64,000 bases of DNA, taken from Trichoplax adhaerens (Eukaryota; Animalia; Placozoa). Under the pieces are notes generated by a model. It was not told the DNA's origin. It worked only from the letters and a program-made list of their open reading frames with translations, and did not search any database. How positions within the stretch are numbered: the first letter of the stretch is position 1; every line of letters starts with the position of its first letter. This document shows, piece by piece, positions 44,921 through 58,200 of this stretch. Location of the stretch: positions 333,861 through 397,860 of the forward strand of contig NW_002060949.1 of NCBI RefSeq assembly GCF_000150275.1, given 5' to 3'. Both the position numbers and the translations under genes were made by a program.

Positions 44921-46946
44921 TCATACGTTAAACACTCTATAAGCAACATGCTTTATCTCTGCTGTGTAATAAATATGGGTTCTGGTTCGTTTTAAAAGCA
45001 ACTTGAGGAACACATTTTGGATACGGTCATTATAATTGTGAATGGCATAGTATGACATTTACTATTATTTAGTAGATATAGAAGATGCTTCGACTTTTAA
45101 CGCAACATAAGTAATCTCAAGCAAACTTAAATACGCATTCCAAATAAAGTTTATATGTAACGTCTACTAATGCTTGTGACTGGCTTTGATTACTGACAGG
45201 GTACTTCATGTCATGTTAAATTTTTCTACGCGTTTCGATATTCTGTGAAGCTCACGCTTTACAGCAAAGCCATATAGTTATACATGATAGTGCTTATTTT
45301 GAAGAAATTACAATCGTTTAGAATGTAGCATTTAAAATCTTGTCACCTACGCTATGGAGCTTCAGTAAGAAATAATCACCAATCACTTATCGAATCAGAA
45401 TGAAATATTGAGTTATTTACTCGGAAAAGCTTACGAAAATGGTAGTAATTCTCTACACAAATAATATGCGAAATCGTAATCACTATCATACTCGGTAAAA
45501 CTCTCGTACAGTAAGTATGCAATGCACTGCATGTACCGTACAGTACAGCATGCAGAATCACTATACTAACTGATGATATTGTAAAGTGGACGCTCAGCTG
45601 TAAATGTAACTACATATTAGAATTCTGTTTTGAAACTTTCCATGAATGTATATTTACATCAATGGCCTGTGGTATCTCATTCTTCTTAGTCATTCTCTAC
45701 TGCGAAAATTTGCCATATTTTATATTTATAATCATTTTTTATACATTGCGATAGTCTTGCCTGGGATACAGTCTGTCGCAACTCTCTCAAGCAATATAAA
45801 TCTAAAGTATCGTACTGTACTCTCCTAATCGCTAAACTGCTTAGAACTTCCCTTCTAGAAAGACTCAGAGATAAAATTCTTTGCATGACAAGTATAAGAC
45901 TTAGGCTACGTCTTTATTCTAAAAAATTTATAGAAACAGCTCACAACCAGCAATCTCTATCTTCATTGTGGCTTTATATACGAACTTAAATAAGATAAAT
46001 ATAATATAGGTCAAAAGTAGACATCCAATTAGAAGATATCAACTCAACTACATTACTGTAAATACGACAAATTTTAGCTCAGTTTAACCCTATTATTAAC
46101 TCAAATGGTATAAGAAAATCATTAGGAATTAAAATAAAAACTTTTAGTATATGTTTAAGCTTGTCAGTTAATCTTACCTGAATGGGCATTTAATCTAAAC
46201 ATTAACTAAACTGGTGTCCTTCACTAAAATGGTTACCAGCCTTGCTTATAAATTATGCAAAATTACATTGCTGTACATTATCCTGAAATATGCGTGTGAT
46301 TACTGTAAACGGATCCTTTATCTAGATTTAGTTTACTAATGTTAGCTTGACCAGGTATTCTATCATATACAAGTATTCTATAATTGTTGATTGTCAACAG
46401 ATTTATCTATGATTAGGTAGCTAATTTATTAATTGATGCAAGAAAATCTAGGGTATAATCTTTCCGAGCTTGGATGAATATTTGTTTGATCAATTTTAAT
46501 TGTTTTGAAGAATTAATTGTGTAAATGATAGCATATGCGAAAGAATATGAAAAGGTGGCATAGTCCGATAAATTAGCAGAAAGATAGAGAAATACGAGAG
46601 TTATAAAATCTAACCACCATTCTGTAGCTAACAATGAGTTATTACGTGATTTCTTTGTTGCTAGTTTGATTGGTCGCAGTAGGAGAATCTGTTTTTATTT
46701 TTGCTTAATATTTTGAGTATTGATCCTTATTTTAACTATAGATTTGGCTTCTTTCAAATAAGTTTGACAACTATTACTGTCTTACAATGAATAACGATAG
46801 CCATTCCCCAATTAATTTATTTTAGTTTAAATTATGACTTCACAAAATGTACAATGGCTTTTAATTCCATTCTACTCATAGAATTTGTTAGATTCTTACT
46901 AAAGAGAGTCCAAAATGTATTGTACCTTTACGTAGAATCTAAAAAA

Positions 46947-49900
46947 ATGCTTATAAATTTTACCACGCTCACTTTGTTAGTAGTATTATGTTCTGGTAAT
47001 ATCTAATATCAGTTGCTACATGCATGCTGCTGCTTATTTGCTCTAGGTGTACCTTTAAACCCAGAATATTAAAGTTCTTATTAGTTACATTATTGTGATG
47101 TACTGTATGTGTTGTATCCGAGTGTTGCGATAATGTGGTTTAGATTGAGTCAATACAAGTAAATATATACAGTATACAGTATATAGCGTATAGCATTGTA
47201 TTAGAATGTCGATAATGTATTACGGTGATGTTATGGAATGAAGCTAATTGCAACAACGGGAAGGATTACCATACAAACCAATATATCCGCGCAAATCTTT
47301 AAGCAGTGCATGGGTATTGTTGTTTTAGTGAGTTGCTAAAATTTCTTCAGCACCAAGTAGTTCTAGATTAACCTAGATTTAGTATGAATGGTAAGTTCTA
47401 TGCAGTTCTTCATCGCATGCCTCTTATTTATCTCGATATCTATCTTTCTTGAATTAATGATATACTGTACGTACTACAATTGATATTTCAATTAGTTGCT
47501 ATCATTTTTGAATTCCGAGTCATGCGTCATCTTCAGTTTTTTTGATAGAGCTTTTAAGATATTGATGATCATAATTTATACAAAGAACAATTACAACGTG
47601 AAGTACTCTTTAACTTAAAGGAATCTTTCATAACTTTCAAAAAATACTTTCAATGAGCAACTACAGGTTTATTAGCAGGCGGTACTAATTAAATGATTCT
47701 AGAAAATACTATAGCAGGAAGACGAAAGATAAAGGATATGCTGGTTGTTATATTTATGATTACGATAATAAAGATATAATATTATTTGCTGTAGTTAATA
47801 ACGTGCTTTATAAAACAGTATCGTAATATTATGTAAAATGATTCTTGGTCTTTGTCAGCTGCGACGTATCTGCACCGTATGCCTCAAAACAATGAAGATG
47901 GTAATTTCTCTATTCAGCTATTCCCTATTGAGTCCATTATAAAGTAATTACAAAGGATGGCAGATTCGATTGTGTGCTAAATTACGTGTAACCTCAGATT
48001 TTCGAAGCTTAATTTTTTATCAAGAAAGTTACAATACAGATGAGATATCACAAGGGTAAAGTAAGTAATAGGTAACTAAAATCCTTACTCTAACTGCCTG
48101 TAAGTTTCGACAATAAATAAAATGCTATTATTATTGCTTTGCTGAGACTAATTATTGTAACAATACTATTTTCGTCACGCAGAAAATATTTCAAAATTAC
48201 TGTAAATTTTAATTTATTTTTATTACCTATCTTATGTCATCAATAATTGCCTTCTTAATTGGATATAAATTGATTGAACTAAAAAAGTTAAATAAACAAT
48301 TGCTTCCTGCTGCGTTTTGTACCTCTATTGGACGCATTACAATGGTACGATCCTAAATAAATTAGCCATTAGCCATTACCCATCAAGGACTCTTCAGTTT
48401 TGCTTCTGTGGATAGACATCGCGAAAGAAATGAAACATGAGATTTATTATCACTTCTACTTGGTTTTTGAGAATAATCATTACGAGTCTGCTTATAGGTT
48501 CAATTCTTAACAATGGTAATAATCACCGTAAAATTACACGTAATTAAAGATTGAAACGAAAAAATTTCAAGCATACCATTAGTTTCTCCTCTTCTTTTAA
48601 TAGTATAGTCTACGAGTGTATATATATATATATAAATTTTTAATATCATTATTGAGTACTTAGAACTTCAAGTTAATATTAAGCTTAGCTGGAAATTTCA
48701 TTGTCTGGCCTCAGCGTACTTCGGTAATAGGCGTGGAACATAAGTCTAAATGATTACCTTTATATTTACTGTAGTCCTACCCTTTATTAATAATTAATAG
48801 CAAACTTAACTGCACTGAAGTAATGGTGATACTAGTGGTACAATATTTCGATAAGAAATCTACTTCGTAACGCAAATTTTTATAGGCAATAAATAGAAAA
48901 ATATGGTTATAAACCTTGCTTATTAACTATGTATTTCATGCCGATTCTTTTATTTAATATTAGTAATCTCCACACAAATTAAGAAAGAGAGGAAGACAGT
49001 TCTATTCGTTACTCTTAATAATTCAATCGATATTATATGTCCATTTCAAAGACATATTATTACAAGCTTTAATGATTGCCAGTATAGTTGGTTAAAGGAA
49101 CATAATGATTCTTACGGAAAGAAACAACTCCCGGCAGACTTACTAGTGGGTTTCAATTCATTCGGTCAAAATTTGAATATTTCTTATGTGACGAAAGCAG
49201 ATGAGGGCAACTACATTTGTACATGTAAATATCTTAATGCTAGTAGGACGGGTTTAGTTAATATTTCCACTCTTGAGCTGCACATTGGAGGTAAAGTCAA
49301 AAAAGTATTCTTAAGTCACAATTATAATTACTTATCAGTTATAAAATCTATCGGAGGGACCTGACTTCATACGTAATTTTAAATACCAAATTTAACTAGA
49401 GCCTCCAAAAAAAATTTTGCATGCCGACATTTCAACGAAGGGAATTACCACAACTGTTGCTTGGAATAAATCTAACCTGTGTCAGAAATTAAATGGTTAT
49501 CGATTTCAGGTCAACTATACTGATGGGCAACGTTGGTACATTGGATGTAATAATACGACAAAATGCTCTTGTATTATGAGCCGTCATATAATAATAACAA
49601 GTATAGAAATAGTAATTACTGCTACTAATAAGTTTGGATCAACATCAAGCGATGGATTTATTTATTACATGGCGAATAATGGTATGTTATTTGCTAGAAT
49701 GCTAAATAATGTAGCCTTACGGTGTTCATGCTACCGTAAACCATAAATTTTTATGCATTTGCTATATTTATAGACTTGCTCGAACGTAGCTTCTTAGTAT
49801 GTCCGATAGTTTTTATTACTATATAATTCTGTAAGTGTTTTTGTAATAAAAATTTATCTGCGATCCGTCTGAAGTACAAAAAATTCAAAACTCTAAATGA

Positions 49901-52900
49901 AATTATTCTTTTAGTAAAGTGTAAGATAGCAGGCAATGCTTTCGACCTACTTAGTTCGCTATCAACTTATAAATGGTAAACTTTGCTTTAAAGTTGTGCC
50001 GTATCCACCAAACGCTGTTATGGTGAACGCAGAATATAGATCTATTACAGTTCGTTGGAGAGCACCACTAGGTTATACATCAATGCTACTTTACGAATTT
50101 ATAGTATATAAACGACGTATTAAACCATTAGTTCTGATGGAAAAAGAATATAAGGTGAGTACTAAATTAATCGAATTCAAAATTTGGGTATACATCAACA
50201 TCCTTTAAGAAAAATTAGTAACTTAGACTATAAAAAATGTTCACTTTATAAACTACAGGATATTCAGATACTATTTTCCAATTTGATGAATCATGAATTA
50301 TATGTAGTATTATCCGATATGCGTTACAATCTCGCCAGTTAATTATCGTCACATAAGATGTCGCAGTTTCATAATAGGATATAGTGCGTATCAATTATTA
50401 TATTTTAGAAAAGTAATGCCTTATGAAAGAGAAATCTATGTACTGTATAAGTTTATATATCTTAGCCTGCAGTGATAACAGGTACGGATATATATGATAC
50501 TTGGCGTCGTATTACTGTCTTGAAAATAAATCTGATCTTCTCAATAATCGTGATTTCAATAATTTTAACTTTGCGTACTTGCAGAATGTTGTTATTTCCG
50601 CTGACAATTTGGAAACGAGCTTTAAGCACACTTTCTTTGATTTGATACCTGGAGCAACCTATGAATTTTATATTGTCAGCAAAACTCGTTATCAGGAAGT
50701 GAGCGAGCCAACAAGTAGAGTGAGAATAAGCTTACCTGAGGAAAGTAAGAGGCTTTATATTATTTACTTCGTAAATTTTTTAAATAGACAACCTTGTCAT
50801 TGTAATTTTTAAGGATGATAATTTCAACTATAATAGAAGGTACGGTATTATAATTGAAGTGTGTTACATTTTTAGTATCATTTACTTTATTTATTATTAT
50901 TAATACCATCAAAGGCGCGGATGATACCACATTTTGTAGTCATATTTTCTTGATCCATCTTTCCCCGATAAAGGACGTAAAATGCATACTATCGTAATAA
51001 ATTTAACAAAATCATTTTTGGCTTAACAAATTTGCCAAAAAGTTTTACACTTTTATGAATTTATAATAAACCGAATCGCTAGAGTTATTTATACTGGTTT
51101 AATTGCTTAAGATACATAGGTAGGGCTATTGCGTACTCTATGAGCTTTGATTTTGTTTGCAATGCTTAAATGGGAATTTCAAATGTGTTACCAAAGCAAA
51201 TGTATACTGAACTCTATCAAGACTGGTGTTTACTACTCGAGAAGATAAATCTTTAGTCATATCATATTCCTATAATGGTGTTTTGCCTAAGAAATATTGC
51301 AGATGAGGAAAGTCAGACTGGGAATATCTCGAAATTCAAATCACTAGACATTGTTATTCTTGAATCGCTGACATTATGAGTATCGACTGGAAATTCATCA
51401 CGTACCTGCAATGTATATTTAATATCATTTCATGATTTTGTACGTACAGTACCGGTATACTGTATAATAATAACCCAGCTGAGGTAAAATATAAGATAAG
51501 TAAAACATTTTAACGCCTTATACGCTTACAATCCAAGCCATCATATCGTTGTGCGTCGCGAATAATAAATTTTTGATGCGTTCCTACAGATTGTTTAAAT
51601 CCGATTACCGCTGTTGTGAAATTAAACTTCGTTTCTACACGCCATATTCAGATTAAGTGATGTTTTCACGATAATCTTTTTGTGTAGTGAAATGAAATAC
51701 TTTTTTTGTCATACCGGTTGTATGCCATCATTAATCTGTAAAATTTTTGTTCATTAATTAGAACCGTACGCTGGACCTACAGATCTAAAATGTACTTGTT
51801 CAGAACATGATCCAATGGGTAGACTTTGCTTTTGTCATTGGAAAGTTAGTGTAATCTAATTTTCAAAGAAACATTATTAATTGAAATCGAATTATTCCCC
51901 AAGTTATGCTCCGTTTTATAATATATATTCTAAGATTCAACATCTGATCAAGATAATCTATGATGCAAAATTCTTATGTGTGATTGTACAGTTTACGAGC
52001 AACGTTGAGTTACACGAAATAACAAATATGTAGTGCATATTATTTGCAACTTGGTGAGAGTTGCGATTAACTGGAGAAAATCATAATTATAATTTCAGTT
52101 CTGTTAGTTCATTAAAATTAGATATCATGATTGCCATATATTCTAATCAATTTTTTACAGTTTAGTCAATTTTTTGAACAAATTATTGTTAAATTCTACA
52201 ATGAAGAGACTTCTTAGCTTAATTACCGTCTTTCAACTGCCATAAAAAATTTTCTTATTTAGTTTACTAATAGTAGACTTCGAGGTAGATTATTTGATTG
52301 CTAAAATTGTAGGTTATACAATGGATATTGTAAATTTGGCTAATTGTAATTTATGATGATGCGTGATCTTAAATTTTAGTCAATTGATCCGTGGCTAGCC
52401 TACGGTGTTATAGTGGAATATGATTTATATTACATCGTGGCCTCAGAGGATTTGGAGAATAGAACAGCAAATAAAATATCAGCTATGGGCAATATAACTA
52501 CTGTTGAATTAAGAAATCTTTCTTCAGAGGTTTCGTACACTGTAACAGTTGTGGGTAGAAATAAGGCTGGTAGTAGCGTTAGTAGCAAACCTTTCACCAT
52601 TCAGCGGATTCCAAACACTAAGAAGGATTCTTCTGGTAGAGTATCATTTACATACTCTCTTAAGAATTGTACTTAAAAGAGAATTGATTAGTAATTATTA
52701 AAATTGTTAATAAGTTTGTATTGCAGCTGAGCGTTGATCAAACAAGGTTACTCCTCTGATAAATTATTGACTGTGTCACGTGTATTAAACTTTAAATAGG
52801 TACCCCTCCGACTACAATCCTCATTATTATACTGGTGGTATCTGTTCTTGTTGTTTCTGCTATATTAATTCTGGCCGTTGCATTTTTTTATAGGGCGATA

Positions 52901-53711
52901 ACATACAGGTATTGATACGCACCAATCTAATGTACGAATAATTATGTCTGCAAAGCTTGCAGTAAACTAAGAAAAATACTTACAAAATTAAAGAAAGTTA
53001 TCTAATATATGAGTTAGAATTTTAAATGATTAAGAGTTGATAATTCGCTAACTTTTTTTTAATTAATTTATTTAATAGACTGACAAGCAAGGCCAATGAA
53101 GATGATCGTGATTCATTGATGTATGTATTTGCCGTATAGAATCTAATAGTAGATTCGTGTTCAATGAATATGATCATGATACTAAGATGTTAATGTAGAT
53201 GTAATTCTGTGCTTAGAAGTTGTCAACCATAAATACTGACTCATTATACTGTAATGCAACATCAAAAAGAACGTTACATAATTGATAGTAAATGATATTT
53301 TATGATTTGAGTAGCGATAGAAATTTGTGCATAAATTTAAATCAAAGTATTTATATACTACCAGAACTTACTCTGTCTGTTTGGATTTAGGAAAGAAACG
53401 GATTCAGTGCAATCACTGGCAGAGGTTAGGAAAAGCAATAGCTAGATAATAGTTTTATTTAGCCGCATGTATTTGTACATGTTTGTTAGCATCTAATTTT
53501 AAATATAATGCGCTTTAAATTTTAGTCACACATATATGAGCAAATATCGTTCAGGGGTTCTACATCTATAATTCACGTCAATCAGGCCGAAGTGAATAAG
53601 CAAGAAGAAGATGGAATGCAAGATAACAGACTTTCAATGTCGACAATTGACAGCTGTCCATATTCTAGCGTAATTATTGCCTCAGGTTATCACGAAAGCG
53701 ATGATTGTTAA
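46947..53711 (+). CDS. Single-pass receptor: signal peptide, Ig, 3 FN3-type domains (cytokine-receptor-like), TM, short Tyr-containing tail; probable paralogue of the 18824-28664 gene
   Basis: Approximate exons: 46947-46995 (MLINFTTLTLLVVLCS), 47859-47900, 48964-49290 (Ig: YICP..YSW..DEGNYIC), 49400-49681, 49994-50154, 50584-50745, 51762-51843, 52379-52636, 52800-52908 (TM ILIIILVVSVLVVSAILILAVAFF), 53079-53120, 53391-53424, 53526-53711. Phases are consistent where checked. Confidence 0.85.
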
Positions 53712-55274
53712 ACTAATTCGGCTTCCTATTAAGAACTTTTAGCGGTAATTGTGTTCTATTTTGTAAACTATTATGATTATTAAGATAGTAGTAAACTATA
53801 ATACAGCTCTGAACTATCATTCTACGTACGCTAGTTAAGGGAATTTAGAGTAAAATCTTTAAAATAACCTATTAATAGACGGAGTTGAAAAAACAAGCGG
53901 TAACCAGCTTGGCTTATTGTTTATATTTAAAAGGATACAAAATATTATATCTGTACATTTATCGTTTTCAACCCAAAATTTTGATCATCTTGTAGTATAC
54001 CAATTACTCTAAAGGACATCTACAAGGCTTTAGAAAAATAACTTGCTGCCAAAGATTTAAATACATACTACTAATTAACGATTTTTCTTTGTGCTTACAT
54101 ATTTGATACACTATACTAATTGCAAACGCCAAAAGTTGCAAGCTACTAAAGGTGCTAATCATTTTATGTACTGGTGCTATGATAATGCTTTGTCACATTT
54201 TAACACTAATGTTATTCACATTTGCAATAGACGTTTCGCTTATACATGTAATATTAACGCAAATAAATAAAAGTGATCTAAAAACGGAGTATAGAAATAA
54301 AGTAATGATTATATCATTATCCCCATTGAAGTATTTTCAACATGATAAAATAGTTACAAATTTCGTACTAAACTGTCAAAAATTTATATTTTGGAATTGA
54401 AAAGTTTTAAATTTAAATTTAAACTTATATTGCTAAAAAATTGGAAATTTTACTATAATCAATTATTGTACTTGGGCTTGCTTAGATTAGACTCGATAAT
54501 TAATATTCTTAAGAGCATCATTTTAATATTAGGATATAGTAAATCAGAGTTAGGAGTATTTTGCTTCTGAAGAGAAACGTTGCAGTTTAGGAATAACTAT
54601 GATTACGATACACTGGGTACAGTTTAATTAATTTAATACCGTCAATTTAATATCTTCTATAGCAACGAGTACTGTAAATAGTATGACATTATTATATGTA
54701 ATATTACTGTTCAATAGCAATTTAAGGAAGAATTTTGCTTTTCTGAACTGGAATTATAAGCCGAAGTTTTAAAAGTTTATCACTTTAATATAAAGTGAAA
54801 TTTTTAATCAAAAATGTTCATAATAAGGCTATCACTTAAACGTATTTCTTACAAACGATATTACCTACTATATAGATAATTTTGTGCAATACTACGCATA
54901 ATTACTTTTTGGATATTTTTATACCAGATAGATTAAGCTAACTTGGTATACGCTTACAAGTCAGAAATGATTCTTAAGATAAGAGTATGATGTCATGCTG
55001 CACGATAGCATATGTCTTCTAAAGATACGTTTATCAGCTCAAAAACCGTCTGACTATCAGGTCTAGATATTCTGATGTGGAAAAATTATGTAGAAGCGAT
55101 CAATACCATAAATAGAAATTGCTAAATCTTGCTTTGGCGAAATAACAAACGTTACAGTAGAATAATGGATTTATTTATGATATTCACTGATTTAACTACC
55201 ATATCGATAGCCGAGAATATAATATAGAGCTTCGTAATTAAAATGTTTATGAAAACTGTTAGGGAGAAAATCAT

Positions 55275-58200
55275 TCAGTCATTAACATGAGAAATATTGT
55301 GAACACGTCTACGACTTGAACTCCATCGACGTTTCGGTAAGTCTGGCGACGATAGTCGAGGAGAAGATGGAGTGGAAATTTTTTGTAAGGTAGTTTCAGA
55401 ATTATCTGGTGTCGCATGGTGAAGGTTATTGGCGGCTTTTGGCGAATTTAACTTTAACAGGTCAATTTTGAACCCTTTCTTCAATGTTTCGCGATCTATG
55501 GGTGCAACAATGTCAGGAATATTATTCTTATTCTGAAATCCTGTAGGTGATAAGGGGGATGAAGTTTCAGATTTTGTTTTGTCGATTGGAATTATAGCAT
55601 AATGCCCGTCTATATCAGTTGAATCCTTCAACGAAGTTTCGAGATAGCCATCTTCTTCACTGTAATCCGAGTTTTCGATTTTCTGCTATTAAAAGTTCGT
55701 AAATTTTGTAATTACTGTAAGACGATACTAAAGCAATAGATAGGATAGTGAACACCATTTACTGTACTTGCTTACCATTTTGGATTGAACAACGCAATCA
55801 CACTGCTTTGCGTTTTCCTCATCATTGATAATATCTTTCGATATCCTTGTTTCAGGTAAGATATCAGGTGCGATACTACCATTGTTCTCAGATTGTAAAG
55901 TATTTGAGAAATTCTCCTTAACTTCATCATTTATAGCAGATTTTACTACAATAGCATAAACAGGGTCATTAGTGTTTTTGGTATCGCATTTCGTTTTTAA
56001 TTTATTTTTTAGTATTATAGATGGTTGATCCATAAAAGAATTTTTCTCTCTTAAATTTGATTTGAGATTACTTTGCACTAAAGTGTCTTCATTATTAGCT
56101 TTAGTTTCTATCTCTGGACATTGACGAGTAGCCAATTTCTCGTTTCGAAGGTGATTTATACGTTCGTATTTGTCCTTAATACTCGTCGATCGCCGTATTG
56201 TAACTCCTAGCGTTGCCACGTTTTCAACTGCTGACTGGACAGTATCAAGAGTTTTAATCGAAGATTTTGCACCAACGCTACAGTATAGCTCTTTGTGTTC
56301 AGCGTTTAAACCTTCGCCAGGATTATTAACTATTGTTTTTTTAGTAGTTTTATTTTCAGAATCTAACGGAATATGGGTGCCTGCTCGTCCTGAAATGTTT
56401 GGCTTTATTCGCAATGATGACGTACTATTTGTTCCATGCTTAATTCGAGACGTGTTAGTGGTACTCTTATATTCAATTGGCAGAGTACGAGTAGTGTTTG
56501 ACTTCTTTACCCGCGCGTAAGTATGGTCTTCGCTATGATAGTGAGATCTACTTTCTAAGCTTGAAACAGTATTTTCTTGTAAATTTATCTTGCTAGATTT
56601 TTGCATATGCATATCCCGGACTAAAATAATAGAAAATTTAAATTTTAAGCGTACAGTACAATTATGTTCTATATTGAGTAAAGCAAATTGCATAGTGCAT
56701 TTATAGATCATTCCATTTAACATCAGCTAATAAAGTAATTGAGTATACTATACGATTCTACTGTTATCATTAAGCAATGTTTGATATTACTTAAATAAAG
56801 TTCCTTTTTCTGTAGATGTTTCCACAGCTTCATTCCGATAATGCATATAAAGCTTAGTAGAACTATGCCGGCAACAGAGAATCCAACACCCATACCGATA
56901 ATAGAAGGCCGAATACCAGGCATGCTGGTTATAGGTGACGTTATTGATTTCGCTGTTATGGGTGTAGTAGGCGAAGTCATAGTCCGTGTTGATGTCGATT
57001 GACTTTGCATTCCTAAAACAATTAATTATTACGAGTAAAAGAATTAAAATATTTATGAGCTTACGGCAACATGTCAAAATTTAGTTGTAGCTATTGATAA
57101 CTACGCAGATCATACTTGTCGATACATGAATCGTTGGACTTGGTTTGCTATTTCCGTAACTATCCGTTGTTGTGACATATATTTGATACACCTCATCAGT
57201 CGATAAATTGGTCAAGTTTGTTGAAATACCGCCATGATCGACAATTTTTTTCAGGTAGCGAATTGAATTAATAGTTCTGTAGTGAACTAAATAATGCAAT
57301 AAAACACCATCAAACCTTGCTCTAGACCAGCGGACGAATAGTATTGTTTCTGTAACTGCATCTGCAGTTACAGTTTCTGGAGGCATGGGTAAACCTTTGA
57401 ATTAGAAGTAAGTAAGATATTTAATTAAACGAGCTACAAACTTACTAGTTTCCAACCTGCATATCATCTATGAGTATTAAATCGTTTCTAATTTGTTCAT
57501 AGAGATGTTTTACATCGCATGATAGAGTTTATATAACATTCGCACATTAACCTTTAGTTTTTTTAAGCAGCCAACTGCTGTAAATAACGCCGACAACATT
57601 AATAGCTGCAATTCGACATTGATATAGAGTCCGTTCTTCTAAATAGCGGACTGTCGCCTTTGTATTGTTAAACTTTTTAACATCACTTTTGTAACAACTG
57701 TTGCATGTTGAAGTGATTACAACATCAGATGTTGTGTAGCATTCTGCATAATAAGTTATTGCAGACAGATTATATCCACCATTATATGATACATCGTCCC
57801 AGAAGACAGTTATGTTGGTCATATTACTATCAATGTTTCGGATTTTCGGCTGATTGGGAAATCCTGAAAATTAATGTAAAAGAAATTGAATGAATGGTGT
57901 CATTGTCTGAGAGTCAGAAAGTTTCACTGTTACTACGGTATCATTCAGCGATCTTTAATTGAAATATCGTTTCAAATTAATGCACTACTGATATAACGGC
58001 ATATAGAGTACTGGAATATTATAACGGTAAATATTAACAAGACCTTTAGTAGCAATTATAAAGATGTCGCTATAGCTACTTCCATAAGTGTTGGTGAATT
58101 GAAGCTGAAAGTCATAGCTAGTATTTATTGCTAGATTTCTAATGAACGTTTCCTGTACGCCTATTATGGAAGCTTTCTCAACCATCGGTTGTATTGCCCG

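Noticed and set aside
56170-56520. 116-aa ORF on + strand
   Set aside because: It is an antisense shadow of the large cytoplasmic exon of the minus-strand receptor.
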